Assembly: GCA_951406725.2 (NCBI GenBank)
Contig: OX597825.1
Location: 29,636,001-29,700,000, forward strand
Direction of reading: 5' to 3'
Origin: Octopus vulgaris
Lineage: Eukaryota
DNA length: 64,000 nt
In this document: positions 53,601-64,000 of the stretch, piece by piece
Position numbering within the stretch: the first letter of the stretch is position 1
Layout: each line of letters begins with the position of its first letter
Notes under the pieces: generated by a model
The model's database searches: none
What the model was told of the DNA's origin: nothing
Seen by the model: only the letters and a program-made list of their open reading frames with translations
Made by a program: the position numbers and the translations under genes

Positions 53601-54024
53601 GGAAATATATGGCATGGTAGAAGGCCTCAAGAACTTCTTTATTATCTTCCCTAGACCATTTTTCCTTCTTTTTCTTTTGATTATTTGGTGATGAGCATGG
53701 ATGGCCATCTGTTGGAATATTCCGGTTGTGGGGTTCGTCCAGCTCCTGTGTGTTGGGAAGATTTGATCCAGTAACTGATTTTTCAATCAGGATTTGGTTC
53801 AATTTTCGGGTACGTGGTCTTTTGTAATCCGCGCAATGACCAATGCGGTTTATTGTTTGATTTGTTGACCTTGAAGCATGACGAGCATCCATTCTTATAT
53901 TAGGAGATGGATCTGTCAGTTTAGGGTTCACTACGTGTAAGCATTGCTCATAGCGCCGCTTCTTAAGACTAGCAGATCTATATTCGTCTGTATTTTTTTT
54001 GTTGATAGTTTTATCTCCGGACAT
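50590..54024 (-). CDS. Retrotransposon ORF part 1: Myb-like N-terminus, reverse transcriptase and CCHC zinc knuckle
   Basis: Myb-like KWSREDNKEVLEAFYHA; RT motifs KSPGKDKI, NYRPITCL, EQKGC, AWIDYKKAFDS, GIFQGDSLSPLLF, YMDDLKL, YKYLG, RLYLPRKEGGRGL; knuckle CRVCx8HxxxxC followed by RHD. First in-frame ATG is at 54024 (MSGDKT); the ORF-track start at 54066 is a TTG. Confidence 0.95.
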   Translation of the reverse strand: MSGDKTINKKNTDEYRSASLKKRRYEQCLHVVNPKLTDPSPNIRMDARHASRSTNQTINRIGHCADYKRPRTRKLNQILIEKSVTGSNLPNTQELDEPHNRNIPTDGHPCSSPNNQKKKKEKWSREDNKEVLEAFYHAIYFPTDKSSTVQAYLNWRQKHPEVRPYIDSNKLANVRRNIIKKKLLTEVEIDQVRQAISDKMNEAAAREDNTEEMIIDQPRADKNEERIERVSISDRQSEIRPEPIINTKTDEHQIDKESHTNIDPTELHELKNQIMIEWLKIKETSMDERDTLPKIRNSNQNMKIIGKIRLALKDIISVNDVDITNLNHLYYASAKISTILCGVKIRKRQQSHKKPSWQERLQQQIKIFRSDIEYLKNLKAHKITKPTKTQKLLKKYNMKTILDIDATIETIKQKVSAKAARIARYEKRVRFFKDNNMFKNNTKNFYRKIGKTAFTAGSVPSKEEVQRFWNKIWAEEKTHNEKAPWIDRISTELDPLEEQKWEGVKVEDIRSALRRSSKWKSPGKDKIPNFWLNAFPESHELLTELYNDVLQHPSRMPPWLVNGLTFLLPKSEETNEPKNYRPITCLTTMYKTLTSVLTEYTYSFLTDSSIFPNEQKGCKRGSYGCKDQLLINKMILEDCHKRHKNLSIAWIDYKKAFDSLPHSWIRKCLEMYKIAPTLRNFLTVSMRSWRTTLTLNSDSEFLNAGDVKISCGIFQGDSLSPLLFCLSLIPLSKLLNDAQYGYKMFDKNINHLVYMDDLKLFAKNDQQLKGLLAIVKQFSDDIRMQFGLDKCAKATFIKGKMTETSNVNLDQQNVIKELDPAESYKYLGIIEGNGIRHSEMKERIRRECYRRVRAILKTELNARNRIEAINALAIPVVTYSFNIVNWSITEICQLDRKIRKLLTMHRMHHPKADTERLYLPRKEGGRGLLQLAITMKIATIGLDTYLKNSEDWMLKLVSKHENKKASYSVTKQAKEYLSEFRIQPISEIDIQETSTEKARRMKTRAKTAALDILNNKWQEKPLYGKYPKRANNADIDKALTHQWLMASGLKSETEGFIIAAQDQCLPTRNYQANILKIRSSPTCRVCKQQNETIDHVVSKCSLLAPTEYLNRHDRAAQYIHWVICKNLDLPHEKKLVGTQTTPSA

Positions 54025-54941
54025 TTTTTTTTTTTTTTTTTCCTTTCCTCCTCTTCCTTTCTTCAAGGCTTACTGTGTCTGTATTAGTTCGAAATAATGA
54101 GAATAAAATACGGAGAAGGAAACGAAAAGAAAGGGAAAAAGACGGGATCTGTCAGTTATTATTGTTATTACTATCATCTTCACCACCATCACCATCATCA
54201 GCAACATCACCATCACCATCATCATCTTCAATGACATTGTTTTATGTGTAGCCACAGCCACCATCAACACTCCATTGTGTTGGAGAATGGGTGGTTAAAG
54301 AATTCATGTTCTTTGGGTCTATAAATAGCCACGGTAGATGGAGACAAAGGACGTTAATGGTCAGTAAAAGGTCAAACCTGTTTACGTTTATTTATTTATT
54401 TATTTATTATTTTTTTTTTCCTTTCTCTTTTCTTCTTCACCACATGCATATGTATATGTATATATATGTATATTCACTCACACATATTATCTGATGTTTT
54501 CGTCGAAGATTTTTTTTTCTTTTTTTAAATAACTTTCTGAGTTCAATGTTATGTATATATTTTTAAATTTCTGAATTCAGTTGTATGTATATAGTAGTAG
54601 GTGCTTAATTCCATAACTTTTTATCGTGCATTTAATTGTGTTGTTACAATAAAAGGTAATTTAAAAGGCAATTTTACACATTCTTATAGTCATGAGAGAC
54701 GACTAAATGTAAATGTTCACACAGAATTGGAGATATTTATGTTTCTAATTTTTCTTGTTAGGTGTACGTTTGTATGAGCTGTAGATATGTAAGTTTTTTT
54801 TTACTTATTTTGAGGGTAATTCAAATTACTTACAGTAAACAGTAGATCTTCCAGTTTTCTACAGTTGACCTGCTGGGTTCGCTGTTGCCAGTTCAGAGCA
54901 TCGTAAAAATACGTCCTATTATTATTATTATTATTATTATT

Positions 54942-54982
<41 letters not shown>

Positions 54983-55511
54983 TGTCATCGTCATCGTCAT
55001 CATCATCATTATTATCATTAAAATGGCTATTGTAGTTGTTGTTATTGTTATTAATATTTGGAAATATTGAAGGTCAACAAAGTGATTTGTAGTTATAAAA
55101 TGTGAATGCCATTCTTGAGAGAATAACACTTGTTTATGTTATTGCTCCATACTGGAGATATTTTTGTTGCTGTATTGATTTCACATAATTGTATTTAATA
55201 AAACATTGGAATGGCTTTGATAAGTGAAAACCCTATTCATTGTATATTTGCTGATTGAAAGTAAAAGTCTACAGTCTTTTCAGAAAGGAAAACACATTCA
55301 AGAATCTTAATGAATTGAATGAGACAGCAGTATCAATGAAAATTACTTAACAGAAATTTAATAATTAAGTTGTTATTGATTAGCCCTAGGTCAGAGCTGA
55401 TCAAGCAAATTTGAGAATTTGTGATCATTATAGCCATGACCAGCCCATCTTTACAGGTGTGTGTAATATATATATATATATATAGGTGTCTGTATTGTAT
55501 GCATGTGATGT

Positions 55512-55842
55512 GTGTGGCCTGGATGTGTGGTAAGAAGCTTGCATCCCAACCACATTGTTCGGGGTTCAGTCCCACTGTGTGGTACCTTGGCCAGGTGTTT
55601 TCTACTACATTGCCTCAAACAGTGTGTTCGTATCAGAGTTTGTTTCCCCTAACATCGTGTGACAACCATTGTTGGTGTGTTTATGTGCCTGTAACTTAGC
55701 AGTTCAGCAAAAGAGTCTGGCAGAACAAGTACCAGGCTCACAAAGAATCAGTCCTGGGGTCAATTTCTTTAACTGAAAGGCGGTGATCCAGCATGGACCC
55801 TGTCAAAATGACTGAAATAGGTAAAAGAATAAAAGAATAAGA
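55512..55842 (+). mobile_element. SINE family A with internal deletion
   Basis: Head and tail match family A; the central core is missing. Confidence 0.8.
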
Positions 55843-55904
55843 ATTTATATATAAATATATGTATATATATATATATATACAAATACTTATATATGTACAT
55901 ACAA

Positions 55905-55968
<64 letters not shown>

Positions 55969-56849
55969 TTATATATATATATATATATATATAACTGATA
56001 GTATTTTTTATGGATACTGTCCAGGATGGAAATAATATGTGATGATCTGTGGCCTTGAGCCTAGATTAGAAAAGAATATTAATAATGTTTACTTTATTGA
56101 ACTGTTTCTAACACAAAATTGGAAGATATATGTTATATATATATATATATATATATACATACATACATATATTCTTTTATTCTTTTACTTGTTTCAGTAA
56201 TTTGATTGTCTCCATGCTGGAACACTACCTTTAGTCAAACAAATTGACAAGACCCACATTAGACTCCTCACTCGTATCATTACTGAACCAAGAATTTAAC
56301 TACAGTCCTTCCATATCTTTACCTACCACCTTGGGTCTTCTGGATGCTAATACCTCTCATACCTTTGATATACACACACATATATATATATAATATTATA
56401 TATTATTCTTATTGAGAGTTAGGTGTATAACCAATGGAGAGGATGCAATTCTTGTGCTAAACCATATATGAATCACCAACAACTCTATCGATATATAAGA
56501 ACAAACAGACATACTCAAAGAAATATAACACAATGTAAAGTCTCAATGTTAAGCCAAACAATGAATGACACACTTGTAGAACATTCTGAAATATTTAAAA
56601 CAAAACTATTTGAACATTCATCTTTTCTTGCGGATAGCTAGGTTGCTGCTTTAATAGTTCACTAGTTTGAAATCAATATATTATAGAAATTCAGAGCTAG
56701 AGAACTGCCACCTATTAAAACAATCTTCTGGCTTGTGATATATAGCTTTCTGTTCATCACCAAACTAATGTCAGCCACGTCTTAGAATTTTTAGATTTTT
56801 CATTCTTCTTTCAATGCTTTCTTCATTGTTAATCATTTTTAGTTTTGCA

Positions 56850-56887
<38 letters not shown>

Positions 56888-58850
56888 TAAAAAATTTTAT
56901 TGTTTATTCTTTTAACTTCTTTAGCCATTTTCTATCTTTTATCTTTTATTTCTTATCTTGCAACAAGACGGAATGAATTTTAATTTTTAAGAAAGTAAAA
57001 TGCTTTTTTTTTCTCATTTCTCTGACCAGCATTTCCACTTATAGTGTCAAGTCAAACTTATTTCTGCACCATTGTGTATATGTATGAATGTGTGAATATG
57101 GGAAAGTCAGTGTATGTGAGAGAGAGAGAGAGAGAGACTCTGTGTATGTGTGTGTTGGCCACATTTATCTGAAGTTTTAGTTAAGCTGAAGTAGATGGCA
57201 AGTATAATTCAGCTTTCTTAGTCTAAGTTCTTGTATATTTGCACAAAAACCATTTTGGGAAATGTTAGATAATGTAAAAATATAATGTTATTTATTGTTG
57301 TTCCCTGGAGAAATCATCAGGAATAAACAACATTACCAATCAAATTAAGGATGACTATTGCTCTGTTAGAATTTAAACTTAAGTTTTGAACCTTTGAGAG
57401 TAAGGTTATGTGTGAGTTTATCATTGCTCTTGATCACTAAATCAATAGGATCTCAGACTTTTGGTCAATTATTCCACGTAGTTACTATAGTTACTATCAC
57501 ATAACTAGTACTGTATGGTATTCTTATTCAAGGAGCTTAACACTGATTGCTTCTTGCAAGCTGTCTATAAATAGCTACATTTGCAAGGTACATCTCAGTG
57601 GTATAAGTATGAAGTGCATTATGTAACTGGTGAAGGTTTTGTCTGTATGTAAAGGTGTATGGCTTACTGGTTGGGGCGTTGTGCTCACAATCACGAGGTT
57701 GTGAGTTCTTGCTAGCTAGTTATCAATAGCTATTTTGTGGGATAAAGCTCACTGTTTTAAGCAGTAAGTTATGTAAAATTGACTGTATTTTTTTTTTAGC
57801 TTATGAAAGCACCTGTCTCAGTAGTTAGGATGTCTGGGCTCCCAATCATTAGGTCTTGGTTCATTCTCAAACTAGGCAATACGTGTCCTAAAACAAGGCC
57901 TTTCATTTAACATTGTCCCATACATTCAACTAAAAATGAGTACCACTAGTAGCTGGGGACTAACCTGTTGACAAACTGGTGACCTATTTAGCAGGAAATG
58001 TGGTACATTAAGCCAAACTACTCTGAAAACTTGATTAAGATTTGATCTTATGAACCAGAAGGCTTGAGGCAGCCTTTTTATTAACTTGCAACACAAATAT
58101 TTTCATGAGGCTGTTTGGAAACAGAAATTTAGTTTAATAAGTTGGAAGTTTACAAGCGATCAGGCTGTGAAGTGGAAAGATCACTTCACAATTTGATGGG
58201 AGTGATTTACAGCAATATATCTGACAACTACTTTACTGAAGAGTAAATTGCTTTAGAGGCCTTGTCCACTCCAGTCTCTTATAAAACTGGAGCCGCATTT
58301 ATTGTGCCTTTTCTGTTCATCCATTGTGCTGTCATTTAGCTTAGATCAAACTTGATTCAGCAAAATTATAATCAAAAGTATTTCGTCCATGGCAATCTTA
58401 TCTAAGATGATAAATTTTGATTTGAAAGTTCATTTGACTGAGATTATTAGTAGATTAAGTAACTCCGAAAAGGCCTCCCAACATTGTGTAGAATAAGAAG
58501 AAAAAAAACTCAGACTACTGGCTGAGGAATCTTAAAGTACAAAATACTGTAGGTGTGCTGATACATCCCTCCATTTAATTTAACCATATTCTAGCTGTTG
58601 GTAGAGATCAACTAGACCTTGATAAGGCAAGTTATTTACATAAAGTGCAATGTTCTTGCCCAGTTGAAAATTACATAAAGCTTGGCTGTATGGTTGAGTA
58701 ATTTGCTTTGTACTGCTGTGGCTTTCAGCTTGAATCTACAGTGTAGCAACTTGGGTAGATATCTTGTACTATACCTTAGCCCAACCAATGCCTTGTGAGT
58801 AAATTTGGTGGGCAGAAACTATGAAAGCTTATGGTATATGTGTGTATACC

Positions 58851-59047
58851 TATTTCTTTACTACCCACAAGGGGATAAACACAGAAAGGACAAACAAGGA
58901 CAGACAAACGGATTAAGTCGATTAATCAACCCCAAAAGGATGAAAGGCAAAGTCAACCTCGGCAGAATTTGAACTCAGAACGTAACAGCAGAAATACGGC
59001 TACGCATTTCGCCCGGCGTGTTAACGTTTCTGCCAGCTCGCCACCTT
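58851..59047 (-). mobile_element. tRNA-derived SINE family B with 19-bp target-site duplication
   Basis: Head ggtggcgagctggcagaaacgttaacacgccgggcgaaatg..gagttcaaattc and core gactttgcctttcatcctt. TSD tggtatatRtgtgtatacc at 58832-58850 and 59048-59066. Confidence 0.88.
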
Positions 59048-59661
59048 TGGTATATATGTGTATACCACCACCACCATCATAATCATAATTACCTCCAGTA
59101 TTATCGTCATTGTTTATATCCATTTTCCATATTGCCATGGACTGGTTGGGTCACCATGCACCATGGTTGAGAATCAACATGTATTCAAGGAGTACTGCTC
59201 ACCTGAATGAGTTAGGACCTCATCTCACTTATGTTTCATTTTCACCTGGTTTCTACAGTTGGACTCCCTTCCTTATACAAGCTACTTTGCCAGATGTACT
59301 GGGTGCTTTTCCTATGAGACCAGCACTAAAGCATGTCATGTCTTGGGCAAGACTAAATGACCTCACGTCTCTGCTCATCAGAGGCCTAATTGATAGTGAT
59401 GAGAAAGATGTGCAGCAGGGGAAGAAGTGACAGGAGAAATCACTACTCTGAGATATGTTCATCAATCCAGAAACAGTGCTAGCATACACACACACACTCA
59501 AGCATAGATACAAACATCCATTCAACCTTACACACACACACACCAACATAAATATATATATTTGCACACATGCATACATACATCTACATAGATAAATACG
59601 TATGCACACACACACATTAATATGTGTATATATATGTTAAATGATGATGATGATGATGAGT

Positions 59662-59692
<31 letters not shown>

Positions 59693-59720
59693 CGATATAT
59701 ATATATATATATATATATAT

Positions 59721-59860
59721 GGGGGTTAGGAAGGGCATCTAGCTGTAGAAACACTGCCAGATCAGTCTGGGCCTGGTGCATCCTCCTGGCTTCCCAGACC
59801 CCAGTTGAACCGTCCAGCCCATGCTAGCATGGGAAGCAGACGTTAAACGATGATGATGAT
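59721..59860 (+). mobile_element. Family C retroposon, 5'-truncated
   Basis: gttaggaagggcatctagctgtagaaac..cccatgctagcatgggaagcagacgttaaacgatgatg. Confidence 0.8.
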
Positions 59861-62800
59861 ATATACATATATATACATTTAAGGAGATAATTTCTAAGTA
59901 TATTTCCAAATGTTTAAAATGGAATAATTTCTTAAAAAACACAAGGTTGCATGATATGCTCAGTTGAATCAAGAACCCCTGCCCCCACCCAGTAACTAGA
60001 TGTTGCATTGTTTTATCTCCCACCTAATCTGATAGTAGAGACCATTGACCCCTGTGGGATTTCATTTCAAAATCTAGTACAAAATGGAAAACTGTTGAAA
60101 ATGGTGTTCATTGCTTTGCAGTTTCTGCCACCTTCAGCACATTTATTTGAAACATTTTGTTCTTTTTTTTTTTCCTTTATTTATTTATTTATTTTTTTTG
60201 TCTAAATATGATTACGAAATTTTGATCTAATTTAACACTAGAAAAATCTGTGAAAGCAAAAAAAAAATTAATATATGATAGAAAACAAAATATAGTGAGT
60301 AAAATCATGTTTTTGTTAATTAATCATACCTAGATTTCTTTGAAGTTTTTCAAAAGATGGGAGAGAATAATCAAAAAAAAAAAAAGGAAAGAAAAGGAAA
60401 ATAAAAAGCCTTTCATTTGGTTTGCATTAAATGTGCTTTGTTTAAATATCAATACAAGTTCCATTGCTTCATGCATATAAAATTAACATTAAAAAAAGTT
60501 GCATTTTGAGATTTGTATTGCATTGAAATTGCATTGAGATTTTTCTTAACTTTCATTGTTAATACTCTTCAAAGAGACAAAAAGTAACAGACACAAAGAA
60601 ATGATCATTGTACATCTCAGCATTAAAATCATGTACATCAGTGATTGTACTAATGGAAAGATCTCTCAAGATGCAAGTAGTGCAGGAGATTGTTCTCATA
60701 AATTGGGTTGTATTAGGTTAGTTTATTTCTAACTTTGGTTTTAACTTTTGACTCACTGTGCTCATTGGACACTTGCAAGATGTAGGCATCACTGGCAGAG
60801 CCAATTGCATGTAAGAAGATCAATCATCTACCAAAAGAAGAATAAACTATAAAACATGCTAAAACATGGCTTCTTCTAACATCATTTTATATCTAGACAT
60901 GTTAGCTGGCGTCAATAATTTTGGAAATCCAAGATATCTAATAACACACACAAACACACACACACATAAACAATTTTTTTTACTCTGCTGAACTGTTAAA
61001 GACAGCTAAATAATATTTTTGTCTTTTTTATATTTTTTCCCCCACACAAAATATTTTATTTTGACATCTGTTTATGCCCAAGCAAATAAATTTTGCTGAA
61101 CCAGCCTGAAGAATTTTTCGATATGTTGGAATTAAATTATATTTTTCTAAATATTTATTTACATCTAATGTACATTTAAAGAAAAATGTGTATCTTCTTT
61201 TTCTTTTTCTCTCATTTTTTTTATCTTATTGCAACAGCATATGTTCCAGTTATTTTTGGTGTCTAGTCTTCTGTTTAAAATATTTATCTAGTGTAGGTAT
61301 TAACACCTCATTTGGTATTCGTCACACTTTCACATTTAACCATGCTGACAGTTGTTTGTGAAAAATCTGAATGGTTGCATGTTAATAATTCATAAATATG
61401 AAAGCTATAAGTTGTTAAGATAGACACATAGACAAATGTTAGATTAGATGCTTTATAGCAGGAGGTCAGGATTTTTTTACTATCAGGGGCAAATGGTAAA
61501 TACATAAAAGTTTATGTGGGGCACATCTGTACTGAGACAAATAATGAACCCTTGATTTTGCTAATTCATATATATTTAACTTACAGTTTTAGCCTTAACT
61601 TTTAAACCATTTATTTATTTATTACTTGGGTTTTTACCAACTTTTCTAGTCTGCCCTTTTAAATTTGAAATCTGGTAAAATTGTAACTGCTGACAAGATG
61701 ATTGCTATCCCTGCCTTACTGTATTTAATTTCAAACCTCTTGATTCTGAGATCAAATCTGATCAACAACAACTTTACCTTTTATCCTTCCAAGTGCAATA
61801 AAATGAAGCATTCCAATAAATAAAAATGGTGAGTTAACAGATGTACCCATGTGTAGTCTGGCACTCAACTAGTTCTGATGATTTACCAACCTTGTATGAA
61901 GCCAGTATTGATTTTTTTTAGCATTTTTACAAAAACCACACATTTTTAGGTGTAAGTGTGGAGAGACTTTAATAATTTACATACATTACTGGTGGTTCTT
62001 CTTTTATCGATTCCAAGAAGGGATGACAGTTGTCAAATGCAAGCAGAATTTGAATTCAGAATAAATGGGGACGCAAGTAAATATTACTTTCTTACACAGT
62101 TACAAGGTCTCAGATTTTGGAGGGCAAAACATTTGAGAGTATTGAACCCTCAAAATTTAACTGGTAACTTATTTTATTGACCTTGGAAGGATAAAAGGGG
62201 ATGTTGATCACAGTGGGATTAGAACTCAGAATGTAAAGAACCAGAACAATCACTGCAATACATTTTGTGCCACACTCTGTTACTGCCCATTCTCCACTTT
62301 AAAGTAATATTCAAGTACATACTACAAGAAAATTTAACCAAAATATTATGGTTTGGGCAAGCAAAGAGCTTTAAAAATCAACAATAAGAAGAACAATTTT
62401 CTTCTAGTTTTTATTATCTTTGAAACAATAACAGAAAATATGAAATCTTTTCAAATGCTTCTGTGCACAGAATTCTTGATGTCTGTATAGCAGATAATTC
62501 TGTTAGACAACATTTTTCTGATGGATTGTCTTTTTCTTCATGTATAAGTTACCTTTTACACTTCAGATGATGTACAAAATTTTCTCTTTGCCATAATATA
62601 TTGTTCTTTGTTTTATATCCTCTATACACCCAAATAAATCATTCACAGCAAAGCATATCATATATGAACTAGATTCATTCATTATTAATTCTAAAATCAA
62701 AGCAGGTTGTTGAATCAAAATACCTTTCTACAACAAATACTGTACAGAACTGCCCCTCCTCCTCTCTCTCTTTCACTTTCACTATGCTTTTTTTTTGCAT

Positions 62801-64000
62801 ATTTATTTTACTGCTGTCGTAAGAACTGTTTGCCTTACCATCATATTTCACCTGTGCAGCTGCTCTTATTACTAAACATGTCACTGCTGTAATTACTATT
62901 TCCATGTCTCTGATAGAATACCAGACTAGCCATAAAATGTTTTTATATTTTGTTTTGATCTTGTTTATACCTTCTGAGAACCATTATAGAAATTTCTATG
63001 ACCACGATGTATGCTAATAACAAAATGAAACCATTTTAATACTGACAGTTTTGAAATTTTAACTTATCAAAACAAATATTCTTCATTTAGTAGAATAGCT
63101 AAAATGTATAAAATACTGGAGGTGGAACTCACCAGTCACAAGTTCATATTAACTACAATAATATTATTATATTTTATTGAATAGGGGTATGTACATTAAT
63201 AAAATAATCCAATAAAATAATTATTTACTTTACAGATATATTAGAAAAGAATTTATCTTCATTGCTGTTATAACATCCATAATTCCATGTTAGTGTTTTG
63301 GGTAAATTAGCCTTATGGAATATTTATACACCACATAATCCAGCATCTGTATTATTTCTGTAATGGACAGCTAGTATCTCTTACTCAATATTTTCTCTTA
63401 GCACCTCTTCATATAATTTCCTTGGTCTTCTACAAGAGATATCTTCCACAACAGCAGAGTCAGAGAACTTTACCATCTATCATTTATCCATTATAAAATT
63501 TCATATTTACATTGATAAATATGTGTTTATATATATATTTAATATATTAATATGAATGTGTGTCATACACACACATAAATAAATACATACCTACATACAT
63601 ATGTACATACATACTTACATACGTATATTTATAAGGTATACCGCAATATATCATTGATAAAACAATTATTGGTTTTACAGATATAAAGTAGTTTGTCAAC
63701 ATTATATAACTGTTTTAGCATGCAAGTTTTCATGTTGACAAAGGTTGGGCAAGCTAGCAATATGTCAAACTGCTACAACCTTTTAGTTCTGTGTTACTTA
63801 TCTGTAAATACCAGCTAGCATCTGAGATATCTCAACATTTCTTTCCCATAACATATTTGGTTTTCTTCTATCATGGATAACCTCCACTGTCATTCAACCA
63901 TTCCCAGCTATGGTCCATGCAAATACAAATATCTTTTAAGTACATGTTAACAGAAGCTTTCAACACTGAGTTCTTCCTCAATTCCCTTGCATGTTCACCT

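Larger units (their letters stand above)
49979..54155 (-). mobile_element. Near-intact, apparently full-length R4/Dong-clade non-LTR retrotransposon (RLE type) in a (TAA)n microsatellite
   Basis: Unique sequence bounded on both sides by TTA/TAA repeats (~49950-49978 and 54156-54170). Contains ~130 nt of 5' UTR, one long RT-RLE reading frame with a single frameshift, and ~230 nt of 3' UTR ending ...caaacataga(ata)n on the minus strand. Confidence 0.92.

Noticed and set aside
51008-53786. Short ORFs overlapping the retrotransposon ORF
   Set aside because: Antisense or alternate-frame shadows of the RT coding sequence.
54025-54066. ORF-track N-terminus MKKGRGGKEKKKKK
   Set aside because: Starts at TTG and runs through a homopolymer in the 5' UTR; ATG 54024 or a later ATG is more plausible.
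63380-63477. Minus-strand ATG...GTAAGA exon candidate (MVKFSDSAVVEDISCRRPRKLYEEVLRENI)
   Set aside because: Resembles the GRPRKTWxEVV C-terminus of RTE LINE ORFs, so more likely a decayed LINE fragment.

Overview
AT-rich, microsatellite-saturated animal DNA with no securely identifiable host gene. The (TA)n/(CA)n/(TCTA)n/(GAT)n density and the SINE families suggest an octopus (inference). Nearly all short ORFs in the track are microsatellite translations. The only long coding sequence is a ~4.2-kb R4/Dong-type non-LTR retrotransposon on the minus strand (49979-54155; Myb-like domain, RT, CCHC knuckle, restriction-like endonuclease). It lies in a (TAA)n microsatellite, is broken only by one extra A in a homopolymer, and sits next to three older co-oriented 3' fragments of related elements. 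Other elements: at least four SINE types, a CR1/Zenon-like LINE 3' end that shares its tail with the commonest SINE, a deleted DD37D Tc1/mariner, a pogo/Tigger-like MITE, a probable Penelope RT relic, a U6 pseudogene fused to a retroposon tail, and several long inverted repeats. The most unusual signal is a set of short elements inserted in (TA)n tracts that carry hammerhead-ribozyme motifs. Two of them (~24.0 kb and ~41.2 kb, minus strand) have the catalytic segments in a non-circularly permuted order. All structures were folded by eye and boundaries of decayed repeats are approximate.
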